A DNA stretch of 64,000 nucleotides from Octopus sinensis (GCF_006345805.1 NC_043009.1:22878001-22942000); one strand, 5' to 3'; shown: positions 49,150 through 64,000, numbered from the stretch's first letter. The notes: generated by a model from the sequence alone, not told the origin. Made by a program: numbers and translations.

Positions 49150-49396
49150 TATATATATATATACATATACATATATATATACATATATATACATATATAT
49201 ATACATATATATACATATATATATATATAAATATATAACATATACATATATATATACATATATAACAATATATACATAATATATATATACATATATATAT
49301 ATATAACATATATATACATATACATATATATATACATATATATACATAATATATATATATATATAATATATATATATATACATATATATATAGATA

Positions 49397-49448
<52 letters not shown>

Positions 49449-49915
49449 CATATATATAGATATACATATATACATATACATATATATATATACATATATA
49501 TATTCTACATATATATATTATATATATATATATACTACATATATATATAATATATATTACAATATAACAATATATATATACATATATAATATATATACAT
49601 ATAACATATACATATATACATATATATATACAATATACATATACATATATACATATACATATATACATTAATATATAACATATATATATACATATATACA
49701 TATATATATATACATATATACAATACATATATATATATATATATATACATATATATATACATTATATATATATACAATATATACATACATATACATAATA
49801 TATATATAACATATATACATATAATAATATATATACATTATTACATACATAATACATATACATATATACATATATATATAATATATATATATATACATAT
49901 ATATACATCAATAAC

Positions 49916-49946
<31 letters not shown>

Positions 49947-49980
49947 CATATAGATACATATATATATATATACATATATA

Positions 49981-50016
<36 letters not shown>

Positions 50017-50327
50017 TATATATCATATATATATATATATATACTATATACATACATATATATATACATATATATATACATATATACATATATATATATA
50101 CATATATACATATATACATATATACATATACATATATACATATATATACATATATACATATACATATATACATATACATATATACATATATATACATATA
50201 TATATACATATATACATATATATATATACATATATACATATACATATATATATATACATATATACATATATATAACATATATATATATATACATATATAT
50301 ACATACATATATACATACATATATTAT

Positions 50328-50360
<33 letters not shown>

Positions 50361-50438
50361 TATATACATACATATTAATATACATATATACAGATATATA
50401 TATTATATATATATAATATATATACATACATATTACAG

Positions 50439-50469
<31 letters not shown>

Positions 50470-50546
50470 TATACATACATATACATATATATATATATAC
50501 ATATTATATATATACATATATATACAGATATATATATACATATATA

Positions 50547-50582
<36 letters not shown>

Positions 50583-50733
50583 TATATTACATATATATTA
50601 TATATTATACATATATATACATATATAAATATATATATACATATATATATATACATATATACATATATATATACATATATATATATATATAACATATATA
50701 TATACAATACATATATATAGACATAATATATAT

Positions 50734-50767
<34 letters not shown>

Positions 50768-50781
50768 CAATATATATATAC

Positions 50782-50830
<49 letters not shown>

Positions 50831-51016
50831 CGTATATATTATATACATATATAGATATACATATATATATATACATATATATATATATACATATATATAT
50901 ATACATATACATATATATATATATAATGATACATATATATATACATATATACATATATATATACATATATAGATATACATATATAATATAGATATATATA
51001 CAAATATTACATATAC

Positions 51017-51047
<31 letters not shown>

Positions 51048-51184
51048 CATTATATATATTAACATATTATATATATACAGATATATATATATATACATAT
51101 ATATATACTATATATACATATACATTATATTTATATACATATATATAATACATATATATATATATATATAATATATATATATAC

Positions 51185-51283
<99 letters not shown>

Positions 51284-51318
51284 CATATATATAATATAAT
51301 AAATATAATATATATAAC

Positions 51319-51365
<47 letters not shown>

Positions 51366-51381
51366 CAATTATATATATATA

Positions 51382-51458
<77 letters not shown>

Positions 51459-51466
51459 CATATAGA

Positions 51467-51497
<31 letters not shown>

Positions 51498-51508
51498 ACA
51501 TATATATA

Positions 51509-52273
51509 TTTTTTTCTTCTCTAGTTTCAGCTCAGAGCTGCGGCCATGCTGATGCACCGCCGTTTGTTGTGTACACTGTTATTACGAAGAACCTCGTCTA
51601 ATATGTGGCACTTGGTGAAGAATGGCGTTTGATATAGCTACTCTCATTTGCACCTCTTGCCATGAGGTAGGTTCATCTGGACTCTCGACAGGAAGATGTC
51701 CAGCTTTGATTTAAAAACCGCTACATCTACTTTGTGCAAGTTCCTCAGACTCTTTGGGAGAATATTAAAAAGCTGTGGGCCCTTGAAACCCAGGCTGTTG
51801 CAGAAGCTGGTCCTGAAGCATGATGGCATTGCTGGGATCTTTGGCACTATGCAGTGTCGTCCCGTTCTAGCATTGGTGTAGCTTACAATGCCAAAATTTG
51901 GCACAATTCCTTCCAGGATCTTCCAGACATATATTACCGCATACCTCTCCCGTCTTCTCTCCAGGGAGTAGAGTCTTAGCTGTTTCAACCTTTCCCAGTA
52001 GCTGAGCTGTTCCAAAGAGACGATCTTCTTTGTGAATCTTCTCTGGATTGCTTCAAGGTTCGCTGTTGATTTTACACTGGTGGGTGACCATAGCTGTGAG
52101 CAGTAATCCAGGCGGCTGAGGACGAATGTCCGCCAGAGGGCCATCATGGTTTCCTTATCTCTGGTTCTGAATGTTCTTAGGATCCACCCAGCCATGTCTG
52201 CACTTTGTCGCCATCCTGGTAATGTGCACTTGGAAAGAGGTATCATCACTCATGTCGATACCCAGGTCCCTCA
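51509..52273 (-). mobile_element. 5'-truncated CR1-type LINE (sister family Y), A-rich tail
   Basis: [68 protein letters not shown], with 3' UTR GGCGGTGCATCAGCATGGCCGCAGCTCTGAGCTGAAAC. Confidence 0.93.
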
Positions 52274-52388
52274 TATAATATTATATATACTATATATATA
52301 TACATATATATATATATACATATAAGATATAAATATATATAACATAATACCTATATTGTATACATAGATATATATATACATATATAAC

Positions 52389-52421
<33 letters not shown>

Positions 52422-52731
52422 CATATATATATACATATATATATATATATACATTATATACAATATATTCACATATATATATAGATATCATATATATATA
52501 TATATACAACATATAGATATATATACTATATATTAAATATATATATATATAACATATATACATATATTATAATATACATACATATATATATATATACATA
52601 TATTATATATACATATATATATATACATCTAATATATATATATACATATATATAGATATACATATATATATATATTAGCCATATATATATATATACATAT
52701 ATATATATACTATACATATAGATATATATAC

Positions 52732-52762
<31 letters not shown>

Positions 52763-52862
52763 CATATATATATAATATATAATTACATATATATATATCA
52801 TATATATATATATACAACTATATATATATACACATATATAATATATATACATATATATATAC

Positions 52863-52925
<63 letters not shown>

Positions 52926-53293
52926 CATATTATATATATATAATACATATATTATACATATAGATATATATACATATATATATATACTATAATATATATA
53001 TAATATATATATTAATATATATACATATATATACACATATATATATATAACATATATATAACATATATATATATACATATATATATATACATAATTATAA
53101 TATATATACATATATATATATATATAACATATATATATATACAATATATATATAATATATACATATATATACACATAATATATACATATTACATATATAT
53201 ATATATATATACACATAATTATTATATATATATATATACATTATATATATATATACCACATATATATATATATATATACACATTTATAATATA

Positions 53294-53329
<36 letters not shown>

Positions 53330-53353
53330 ACATATATATATATATACATATAC

Positions 53354-53408
<55 letters not shown>

Positions 53409-53430
53409 CATATATATAATATATATATAC

Positions 53431-53461
<31 letters not shown>

Positions 53462-53879
53462 CACTATTATATATATATACATATATATATATATACATAT
53501 ATCTATATATATATACATATATATATATATAACATATATATATATATACATATATATTATATACATATAATATATCTACATATATATATATATATATATA
53601 TATATCTATACATATAGATATATATACCTATATATATATACATATATATATATATACATATATATATATACATATATATATATATACATATATATATACA
53701 TATATATATATATATACACATATATATATATATACATATATATATATACATATATATATATATACATATATATAATACATATATATAATATATACATATA
53801 TATATATAATATATATATTATACATATATATATATACATATATATATATACCTATATATATATAACTATATATATATAC

Positions 53880-53936
<57 letters not shown>

Positions 53937-54047
53937 CATATATATATACATATAATACATATATATTAACTATATATATATATATATACATATATATATT
54001 ATACATATTATATATATATATATACATATATATATAACATATATATA

Positions 54048-54078
<31 letters not shown>

Positions 54079-54162
54079 CATATATAATATATACATATAT
54101 ATATATATAATATATATATACATATATATATATACATATATATATATATAATATATATACAG

Positions 54163-54234
<72 letters not shown>

Positions 54235-55697
54235 CATATATATATACATATATTACATATATATACATATATATACATATATATATATATATATAAATTT
54301 ATATATGTAAGTATTCATATGTTGTATGTATATATATATATGTATTTGTTACTCTCTGAGTATATTCCAATGATGAAGCAAAGCATTTCTAAATGCAAAT
54401 CCAGAAATCCGGGATCTGGAATTATCAAGTAATTTTTTACTAGTTTTATTTTGTCTTCTCTCCTTGCGCTATATGAACACTTAATGTGGTTCTAGAGTCA
54501 GATCTTGGCTGCTATTTTCAGCATGGCGGTATCTCATAGATACCCTAAATTATAATTCTAATACACACACACAACAAGCTTCCACCTAGTTTCTGTCAAA
54601 TTCACCCACAAAACTTTGGTCAGCCTAAGGTTATAGAAGACACTTACCCAAGATGCCATGCAGTTGGACTTAACTTGAAACCATGTGGTTGGGAAGCTGA
54701 CATCTTATGCACAGCCACTCCTTCGCCAACAGACCACAGCAAATCTTTAACAGATGAGACTGGCATGTTTTGGGAAAATGAATGCCAAAAACGAAACCAC
54801 ATTTCTAAAAATGGCAAAAAACTAAACCAGGATTCAAGTCTGCCAAAGGTCTTATGACTCAGCTTTCTTACATTGTGATAATGCTTCAGGGGAATCTAAA
54901 GCTCAAGTCACTGAAATTTCAGTAACTACGAAAGGCAATGACGAGACAACTAGTTGAGGCTGTTTGAATGCAGGTGATTTGGCAATACTGACTGGACATT
55001 CAGCCTGTTTGGGCAACAGAACCTCTTGGCACTGGAGGTTAATCATGCATGTACACGTGTATGCATGCAGAAAGATGCACTTACAGATGGATAAAGAGAG
55101 AGAAACATAACAATTTATGAACTGAACACATGTGACATAAACATTTCCCATCTCCTCAGACACATAAATAGAATTATGCTCACACACATAAACAGAGACA
55201 GACAGAGAGTGAGAAAGAGGGGGGCAGAGGGAGAGAATGAGAGAGGAGGGAGGGAGCAAAAGAGAGAGAGCTGGAAAGAGAAAGGGCAGGAGAGAAAGAG
55301 AGAAAGATAAGAGCATGTGATGTCAAATAGCAATGCCAAATAGTCAGCATCAAAGTGGTTTTGCCAAAACGTCTCTTACCTACAAAAGGCTACTCTAAGT
55401 CTCTTTTCTTAGCTAATATGGCAGTCATATAAGCCAGGGTGGATCACCAGAACAGTGTTTCCATGATTTGTTTACTTTGTGTTTCTGTCCAGCTGTTAAA
55501 GACGATTGTATTGTATAGCTGTAGTGGTGGTGGTGGTGTTGGTCTGTGGCCAAGTGTCACAATAGTAAGAAACAAGACATTATACATGGGAAGTCAGGGG
55601 AGGGGGGTTTCAGGAGAACAAGGAGAGGGAATATGTTATGATTTGGACAAAGCTGTCCATCAGAGAAACCAACACAGTGTTGACTTAACGAAGTTAA

Positions 55698-56090
55698 GTG
55701 AACATGGCTGTATAGATAAGAAGCTTGCTTCCCAACCATGTGATCTTAGGTTCAGTCCCACTGTGCGGCACCATGGGTGTCTTCTGGTGTAATCTTGGGC
55801 CAACTAAAGCCTTGTGAGTAGACTTGGTAGAAGGAAACTGAAAGAAGCCCATCATATATGTGTGTGTGTGTGTGTGTTCATGTTGTAACATCATGTGATA
55901 GTTGTAAAAAACATGATGTTTGTTCTAGTTTTCTGTGAAAAATATGTCTGGCTAAAGGAAAATATTATACCCTGCTTGGAAACAGGTGAGGGTTGGGGAC
56001 AGGAAGGGCACCCAGACATAGAAAATCTGCCTCAGTAAATTCTGTATGACTCACACAAGGAGAGGAAAGCGGATGCTAAGCAACAATGAA
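55698..56090 (+). mobile_element. SINE family 'A2': family-A head with RTE-type tail
   Basis: Same head and core as family A, but a different body (GTGATAGTTGTAAA..TTGCTTGGAAACAGGTGAGGGTTGG..AGGAAGGGCA) and a decayed RTE-type end. Related pieces lie at ~307-560(-), 12170-12460(+), 22490-22792(+), 26115-26350(-), 59450-59700(-). Confidence 0.75.
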
Positions 56091-59000
56091 GTGAAATTAC
56101 AGATATTTTCACATGTGTGTACATGCATGCACATGTATATATATGTGTGTGTGTGTGTGTTATATTTATTTGTTCATTTCATATCCATATTAACATGCTA
56201 GAATGGCTTAGACAAATATAGCATTCCTGTTGCTAACCCTTATCTGTTTTCTCAAATAAGGGCTCTTTTATTCCACCTGTCATCAAAGATATGAAGACAG
56301 CAGATAATATATCTGTCATTCAGCTCCCAAGAGGGACAGCTAGCTATTTATTCTATTGCTGACTATCGAAACGTAGATCACAAAGTGAAAAAGGCACTTT
56401 TGATCGACATTAAGGAACGTTTATGGATACAGGGGAAATAGAACTCAGTACATAACACAGAGTAGTTTTATTATAACTGAGAAGCTATAATAAGTTGGAT
56501 AAATATATTTTAGGAAAATCTTGACCTTTGAGTTGTTACTGAAGTAGCTTCTCAACAATAATAAAATCTAAGTGTGTATGCACATATATAAATATATATA
56601 TATATATATACATACATACATACATATATGATATACATGTATACATATATACGTACACACATCATCACTATTATTTCTCTCTTCGCAATTACTACTAATT
56701 CATCCGCCATCTCTCCTAAACATGAGCAGTCATAACAGCTCCTCTACAAGAACCTGTCCTGCTCCATCCGCTTCTCTCATAACTTAACCCTCACCAGCTA
56801 GCATAAAGCTCACTCCCTCCAGATTCAGCATCTTGTGAACTGCACTGATGCAAGCAACAGAAAAAAAAATTAAATTAAGAAAAAACACTCAGTATACACT
56901 GTAAATTGGTTGGATCAAGGAAGTCATAAGCAAAGGTGTCCAGCTTTAGAAAGCATGCCAAAGACACTGGAACTTGATGCAGTCCTTAGACCCATCAGAT
57001 ACTATAAAAACTAACTCATGCCAGCATGGAACATCATCATTTAATGTCTGCTTTCCATGCTGGCATGGGTTAGACGGTTTGACTGAGAACTGGCATACTG
57101 GGAGGCTGCACCAGGACCTAATCTGATTTGGCAAGGTTTCTACAGCTAAATGCCCTTCCCAACGCCAACCACTCTGAGAGTGTGGTGGATGCTTTTTACG
57201 ATGAAGATGATAATATGACTTCTGTGATCTCTTTGCTCTCTCAGTCATGTTGCCTTGAACAAACATATTTTAGAATACTGATAGTACTCCCTTAACTCCT
57301 TTCTCTTTATCATGTACCCCTCTTATCACTGTCATTCAAGCCTTTACCGTTCCTCATGCTTCTCACCCTGTAAAGAGGTTGGCAAGTGAGCAGAGACATG
57401 TGGAGGACAGGGTTATCTCAATGATGCTGGTGTCTTGATAAAAAAGCACCCACTGCATACAATAAAGAGGCTGGTTTTAAGAAGGGTCGCCAGTCATACA
57501 AACCAAGCTAAACATGAATCATAATCCCTATTTTTTTAAAGTCCACTTTTCCATGCTCGCATTGGTCAAACAGAATGTAGTGAGGCAGATTTTCCACAAT
57601 CCTATGTCCTTCCTGTCACCAACTCTCACCTGTTTCCAAGCATGGAAACATTTCCTCTTGACCAGACATGTTTTATTTTTCTAGATGTCCTTCCTGTTGC
57701 CAACCTTCACCTGTTTCTAAGTAAGGTAATATTTCCCTATGGCCAGACATGGTTTTATGGAAGATTGGAACACTGCTTCTATGGCTCACTGACAACTATT
57801 ATGTAGAGTCAAGACAAGGAGATACAAACACACACACACACACACACACAGAAATACCCAGTACATTTTGCAAAGTGACTGGTGTTAAGAAGAGCTTCCA
57901 GACAATTGGAGAATGGTCAGCTCTCTGGCTTGCCAGATCTTGTCAAACCGTCCAACCCATGCCAGCATGGAAAACAGATTATTAAACGATGATGATGATG
58001 ATATGACAGGCATTTTTCAATTTCCATCTGCCAAATCACTTCAAAAGGCTCTGCTCAATCTAAAGCTATAGCAGAAAATATTTGCCCAAGATGCCATGTA
58101 GAGGAACTGAACCCAAAACCATGTGGATGAGATGCAAACTTCTACACCAAACAGCCACATCTGCATCTAGTCACACACACATACAGCCACACCATATCAA
58201 TTTTGAGTTTGATTAATGAAGGGACTATTTGAAACTTCAGATAGTTTTAACCTCGTGGTAAATAAATACACCACACCATTTAATAAGTGTGAATGAACTT
58301 TACTGCAGGAGATTCCTCTTTATATGTAATGATTAGGTATGCATGTGCATATGTATGCACTTCTGCATGTATGTGTACATGCATGTGTTGTCTGTCTGTC
58401 TACCTATCTATCACTTTTTCTGACTTCTGTCTACAATGAAGACATAAAACCAGGTAGAGAATATGATATAAACTCAAGTGGTTGTCATATACAGATGATT
58501 AATCTGCAAAACAAAAAAAAAAGCAACAACAACATACTTGGCACCATTTAAAAGTAATTACAAAGATCAGGTTTCAAACCAGAGAAAAGAACTAACACTT
58601 CTTCATTCCTCTAATAATTCTGCTAATATTTATTCCATTATTTATTGAAACAAATGTGATAAAAATTATTTTTTAAAAATAATGTTGCAAAACTTAACAT
58701 GTCTTTAAAACATTTTTTTTTTATTCTTCCACACTTCAGAGGGTAGAATTTTACAAAATGGAGACAAAAATGAGATATTGAATAGTACGTGATAAAGAAA
58801 AACTACATAGAAAATATCATCAAGTTAGCAAGTAACCAGCATAATGAGATGGACTTATTTAATTTTAATTATTTATTTAATTAATTGACTTGTCAAGTTC
58901 AACTGTCACTGTTTTATATCCATTTTTCCTATAAAAACATGGTGGTGTTAAATTTTTCTTTTAACCCATTCACATAGGTGAACATTTCAACTGCTAAAGC

Positions 59001-59771
59001 AAATTGTTTTTATAGCTGAATAGATAAGTGTGTATGTATGGAAGTATGCATGTATGCTTGCCATTTCAGTTGTTACACAATGAATAATGATTTTTTTCAT
59101 CCTTTTTAATATAGGCACAAGGCCTGAAATTTGGGGAGACGGGTCTTAGCTACATTGATGCCAAGTGCTGAATTGACATTTATTTCATTGACCCCAAAAA
59201 CATGAAAGGCAGAGCTCACCTGAGCAGAATTCGAACTCAGAATACAAAGACAGCCAAAATGCTGCTAAGCATTTTGTCCAGCATGCTAACGATTCTGCCA
59301 ACACCTCACCTTATAATGATTTATTAATGAAGCCAACTTTGATGGACAATTTTGTTAGCTTAGATACATGGTAACAAGTGGAGAGTTAAACAGAGTTACC
59401 ATATACAGGTCAGCATAAATATATATATATATATAGATAGATACATCAACATCATCATTGCTTTGATGTTCGCTCTTCCATGCTTGCATGGGCTGGACAG
59501 ATTTTGCTGAGGTAGATTTTCTACATTTGGATGCCCTTCCTGTTGCAAACATTCACCTGTTACCGACCTTCATCTGTTTCTAAGCCCAGTAATGTTTCCT
59601 TGTGACCCTGTGTCATGGAAGATTAAAAAGGATATCACTTGTATGACAGTGACACTCATTTACAACCATCACACAATATGAAAGCAGGAGGACACAAACC
59701 CATAAGCATAAAAGTACAAACACACAAAGGCAATGGAGTAAAGCATTTAACCAAATACAATTAAAACTTAC

Positions 59772-59894
59772 CATATGTCTTCTTTGCAAGATTAACTATA
59801 TCCTTCAGAGTGCTCTCTCGACCATGTTGCTCCATTTTGGTGGACAATGGGAAAAAGGACTTGCGTGTTTTACGTAGAGATTTTTTTACATTAT
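59772..59894 (-). CDS. Probable 123-nt coding exon of an unidentified gene (phase 1->1: (D)NVKKSLRKTRKSFFPLSTKMEQHGRESTLKDIVNLAKKTY(G))
   Basis: Strong acceptor ATTTATTTTATTGTAG and consensus donor ATG|GTAAGT. Only one frame is open and the length is a multiple of 3. It is CpG-containing unique sequence. The internal ATG is in a good context (CCAAAATGG), so it could be a start-codon exon. Confidence 0.6.
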
Positions 59895-62800
59895 CTACAA
59901 TAAAATAAATTTTGAGAGTGTGTGACAGGGAAAAAACTAGGTAAAAGGTAATTAAATGGGAGAGAAAGTTAGCAAAAGTTAAAACAGGAAATTGCTTGGT
60001 TTCATTTTTGTGATATGAGGAATGAAAGCAGTGCCCATCAAAACCTGTTCAGGGTGTCTGAGACTGACGTGTGGATGAGAATATATTCTTGAACAAGAGA
60101 CTCGACTTCAACGCTTGCAACAAAGTGGGATCCACTAAAGGTACTCAAAGTGCCAGGTAGTGGTATTAAAACCAGGTAGTGGATTAAGTCTTACTACTGG
60201 TGTCATATAGTCTTGGTGCTGGTACCACATGAAAAAGCTCTGGTGTTAGTGCCACATAAAAAGCACCAGTGCTGGTACCACATAAAAAGCACTGGTTATG
60301 GTGCTGTAAAAACTAAACAAAAAACAGACAATGGAGCCTGATGTAGCCCTTGGCTTTACCAGCTCCAGTCAAACTACCCAAACCAAGTCAGCATGGAAAA
60401 CAGATGTTAAATGATGATGACCCATGTAAGAAATGACAGGATTTGAACTCAGAATGCAAGGAGCGAACGCAAATATCACAAGGCATCCTATTTAACTCTG
60501 TAACCATTCCACCAGTCAACCATTCAAAACTTTATTTTATTGACCTCAGAAGAGTGAAAAGCAAAGCTGACTTCAGCAGGATTTGAACTCGGAATGTAAA
60601 GATCCACAACAATTACGGTAAGGGATTTTGCAGCCTAAATAGGACATTGTAGTCATCATCATCATCATTTAACGTCCGCTTTCCATGCTAGCATGGGTTG
60701 GACAGTTCAACTGGGGTCTGGGGAGCCCGAAGGCTGCACCAGGCCAGTCAGATCTGGCAGTGTTTCTACAGCTGGATGCCCTTCCTAACGCCAACCACTC
60801 CGAGAGTGTAGTGGGTGATTTTATGTGCCACCGACACAGGTGCCAGACGAGGCTGGCGAACGGCCACGCTCGGATGGTGTTTTTATGTGCCACCGACACG
60901 ACAATAAAAATATGACATGGCAGGTATAACAGTAAAAAAAATTAGACAAAGAATTGCAATAAATGCAAGTCAGTACCACAGCTATCCTAAGACACAGTAT
61001 GTACGAAAATAAAAGAGTAAGTATGTAAAAGAGCAAGTGTAAGATACAGTACATGTGACATTGAAAATTATAACTTAGTAATATGATAATCATTAGACAT
61101 GGCACCAGCATGTAAAATGCACTCGTGAAGGTACCATGTAAAATGCCCATTTATAAACAATCATGTGATACCAGGACATGATATCATGTGATATTAAGAC
61201 AAGGGTACAAATACACACACACACACAGACACCAGCAATAGTGCTTTTATGTCACACCAGCAAGTTGTTTTTTTTTACATGATACCAGCACCCAGGAGCC
61301 CTCAACAGAAGGACCTCTTGCCTAAGAGAGACAGAGAGGGACTTAGAGAATGTACCTATAGGTAGGGATGGCCACAGTCCATTCATGCAGGGATGTCCTC
61401 AATGTAGATGGGGCAATGTAAAAGCACCTGTGCTGGTGCCACAACACAGGTATTTGTACATGGAATTGGCACTTCTATCTGACATCAGCATGGGCGGTTT
61501 TAGGTTAGACCAGCATTGGCACTTTCATGTGGCATGGGCACTTCTACGTGCTTTTACATTGCACTGGCTACATAAGGGATATATCTTCTTTCAGTTTCTG
61601 TTTAACAAATTCACTCACAAGGCTTTGGTCAGCCTATGACTATTGTAGAAGACACTTGCCCAAAGTTTCACACCATGGGACTGAACTCAGAACTATGTGG
61701 TTGAGAAGCAAGCTTTTTTACCCCACAGCCACACCTGTGAAAAAAAAATAACACACCCAGTATACCCCATAAAGTGGTTGGCATTAGGAAGAGCATCAAG
61801 CAGTAGAAACCATGCTGACACAGATGTTGGAGTTCAGTGCTGCCCTCTAGCTTGTGAATCCCTGTTGAACCAATCAACCCATACCAGTATGGAAACAGGG
61901 ATGTTAAATGATGATGATGATAACTATATGCATTGAGTCTAACCAGTTTCAGTATTTGGAAATGCAGATTTCTTCCAGGCACCCTAATTTGCACAGATTT
62001 TATTTCCATAAATGGTTCACCTCGCAACACACTATTCTTTAACTTTTACTTGCTTCTGTCATTAGATTGTGGCCATGCTGGGACACCACTTTTTAGGATT
62101 TAGTCCCAAACATTGACCCCCTCCAGCCCTGGTTACCTATTCTACTGATCATTTGCGGAACTCTAAGTGATAGGGTTGAGCGTAAACAAACCAACACCAG
62201 TTGACAAGCAGTAGTGGGGAACACAGCACACACACATCATCATCGTTTAATGTCCTCCTTCCATGCTGGCATGGGTTGGATGGTTTGACAGGAGCTGGCC
62301 AGGCAGGAGCCTGTGCCATGCATCTGTATCAGCATGCTTCTTATGGCTGGATGCCCTTCCTGACACCAACCACTCCATAGATTGGGCTGAATGCTATTTA
62401 CATGGCACTTGCACAGGTGAGGTTAGGTTTGGCATGGTTTTTACAGTTGGATGCCCTTCCAAATGCCAACCACTTTACAGTGTGGACTGGTTGCTTTATA
62501 AGTAACACCTACACTGGTAGGGTCACCAAGTGACTTCCCAAGACAAAGAGTCTTTGAGAAGGGAGGGGGAATTGGAGGTGGTGATCTTGTGTCAGATGAT
62601 GAAAGATTAGAATGCAACAGAGAGGCAGAAACAGATGTCTTGCTGCAGAGGAGGTCTATGGTTACCCAGCCAGAGAGAGAAGAGAAAGAGAGCAAGAGTT
62701 AACAAGAATGAGGGTAAGGGTTCTTTAAGTTTCTGTCTGCCAAATCCACTCACCAGGCTTTGGTCAGCCCAGGGGTGTAATAGAAGACATGTACCTATGG

Positions 62801-63229
62801 AGCCAAGCAGTAGGACTGAATCCAAGACCATATGGTTGGGAAACAAGCTTCTTAACCACAAAGCTACGCTTGCACCTAGTAATTTCTATAGATTTTTCAA
62901 ATCAAAGAATTTCAAGAACAAAACTTAAAATATTTACATCTCATGAATTGGAATGAAATAAAACAAAATTGTTCTTACATGCATTCAGTCTTGCCTTCTG
63001 ATATTTAATATGCTTCAATTAGCTCCATAAGGTTTACACAAATTATGAAATAATAAATTCATAGTGCATACGTATCTGCAGAGCAGATCATTAAATGCCT
63101 GACTATAAATGTATTGAGAAACAATTTTATTTATTATATGAAAGATAATTTTCAAGGAAAAATCTATGAAGTAGAATATATATATTCATTAAAAAACAAT
63201 TATTGAACACTTGTAGCTGCTTTTCAGCC

Positions 63230-63644
63230 TGAGTAACATATATATATATAATATATATATATATATACATACACACAAATATATATATATACATATACAC
63301 ATACACACAAATATATATATATACATATACACATACATATATATACATATACATACACACATACATATATATACATATACATACACACATACATATATAT
63401 ATATGCATACATACACACATACATATATATATATACATACATACACACATACATATATATATATACATACATACACACATACATATATATATATATACAT
63501 ATACACACACACATATATATATATACACACACACATACATATATATATATATAAATACATATACATATACACATACATATATATAAATACATATACATAC
63601 ACACATATATATAAATACATATACATACACACATATATATACAC

Positions 63645-63679
<35 letters not shown>

Positions 63680-63728
63680 CATATACACACACAAATATAT
63701 ATATATATACATACATATATATATATAT
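63230..63728. repeat. (TA/CA) microsatellite with ~30-bp higher-order unit
   Basis: ACATATATATATATACATACATACACACAT is repeated about 5 times at 63391-63540. Confidence 0.9.
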
Positions 63729-63729
63729 C

Positions 63730-64000
63730 ACGTGACCGACCAGACCATCAGAAGATGTTGTTACACATCGCTGGTCAGAATGCGTTCGCATTGTTTTAGC
63801 CTTCGAATGACGCCACCCCGCTGGCTAAGCGAGCAGACCAACAGAAGAAAGAGCGGTGAAAGAGTACAGCAGGGATCACCACCCCCTGCCTGAGCCTCAT
63901 GGAGCTTTTAGGTGTTTTCGCTCAATAAACACTCACAACGCCCTGTCTGGGAATCGAAACCGCGATCCTGCGACAGCGAGTCCGCTGCCCTAACCACTAG
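63730..64000 (-). mobile_element. tRNA-derived SINE family 'E', head cut by window end
   Basis: Minus strand reads CTAGTGGTTAGGGCAGCGGACTCGC..GGTTTCGATTCCCAGAC (A/B boxes), followed by a CpG-rich non-tRNA body. Confidence 0.75.

Larger units (their letters stand above)
46922..54340. repeat. ~7.4 kb irregular (TA)n/(CATATA)n array interrupted by two CR1 fragments
   Basis: Directly visible, and the source of the numerous poly-YI ORFs. Base-level accuracy in such arrays is doubtful. Confidence 0.98.

Noticed and set aside
46904-54278. Dozens of long 'YIYI/MYIC' ORFs (also 30434-31163, 63127-63791)
   Set aside because: These are translations of (TA)n/(CA)n microsatellites that lack stops in some frames. 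They have no coding complexity.
56285-56382. Third hammerhead-like trace (ATGAAGA..CGAAACGTAGATC)
   Set aside because: The core is mutated (no CUGANGA) and stem II needs assumed deletions, so it is too degenerate to support.
58400-58495. Strong minus-strand acceptor (TTTTTTTTTGTTTTGCAG) near the best exon
   Set aside because: All three frames hit stops within 30 nt. It could be a terminal or non-coding exon, but this is unsupported.

Overview
AT-rich, repeat-saturated animal genomic DNA. The SINE/LINE repertoire and (TA)n load resemble an Octopus-type cephalopod genome; this is my inference and no database was searched. There is no complete gene, rRNA, genuine tRNA or CRISPR array. Most ORF-track entries are microsatellite or repeat artefacts. 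The window holds several tRNA-derived SINE families and retrotransposon remnants: RTE (17.2-18.8 kb), CR1-type (36.7-39.6, 48.3-49.1, 51.5-52.3 kb), Tx1/L1-type (40.7-46.1 kb) and an RLE/HERO-like relic (35.5-36.6 kb). It also holds DNA-transposon remnants (pogo, mariner, piggyBac, hAT), a 100-N gap and a ~7.4 kb (TA)n-rich array. A few short minus-strand exon candidates (best 59772-59894, then 39892-39971) suggest much of the window is intronic in an unidentified large gene. Most notable observations: (1) a Penelope-type inverted terminal structure carrying a minimal hammerhead-ribozyme core (46238-46573), with a second relic at 29124-29228; (2) one SINE head paired with two different LINE-derived tails, both partner LINE types present here, with a covarying 3' stem-loop; (3) a pre-miRNA-sized hairpin on the strand of the putative host gene; (4) several nested insertions that can be ordered by exact target-site duplications; (5) two elements with convergent internal inversions. 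Family names rest on recalled motifs and should be confirmed by HMM or Dfam searches. Most repeat boundaries are approximate.
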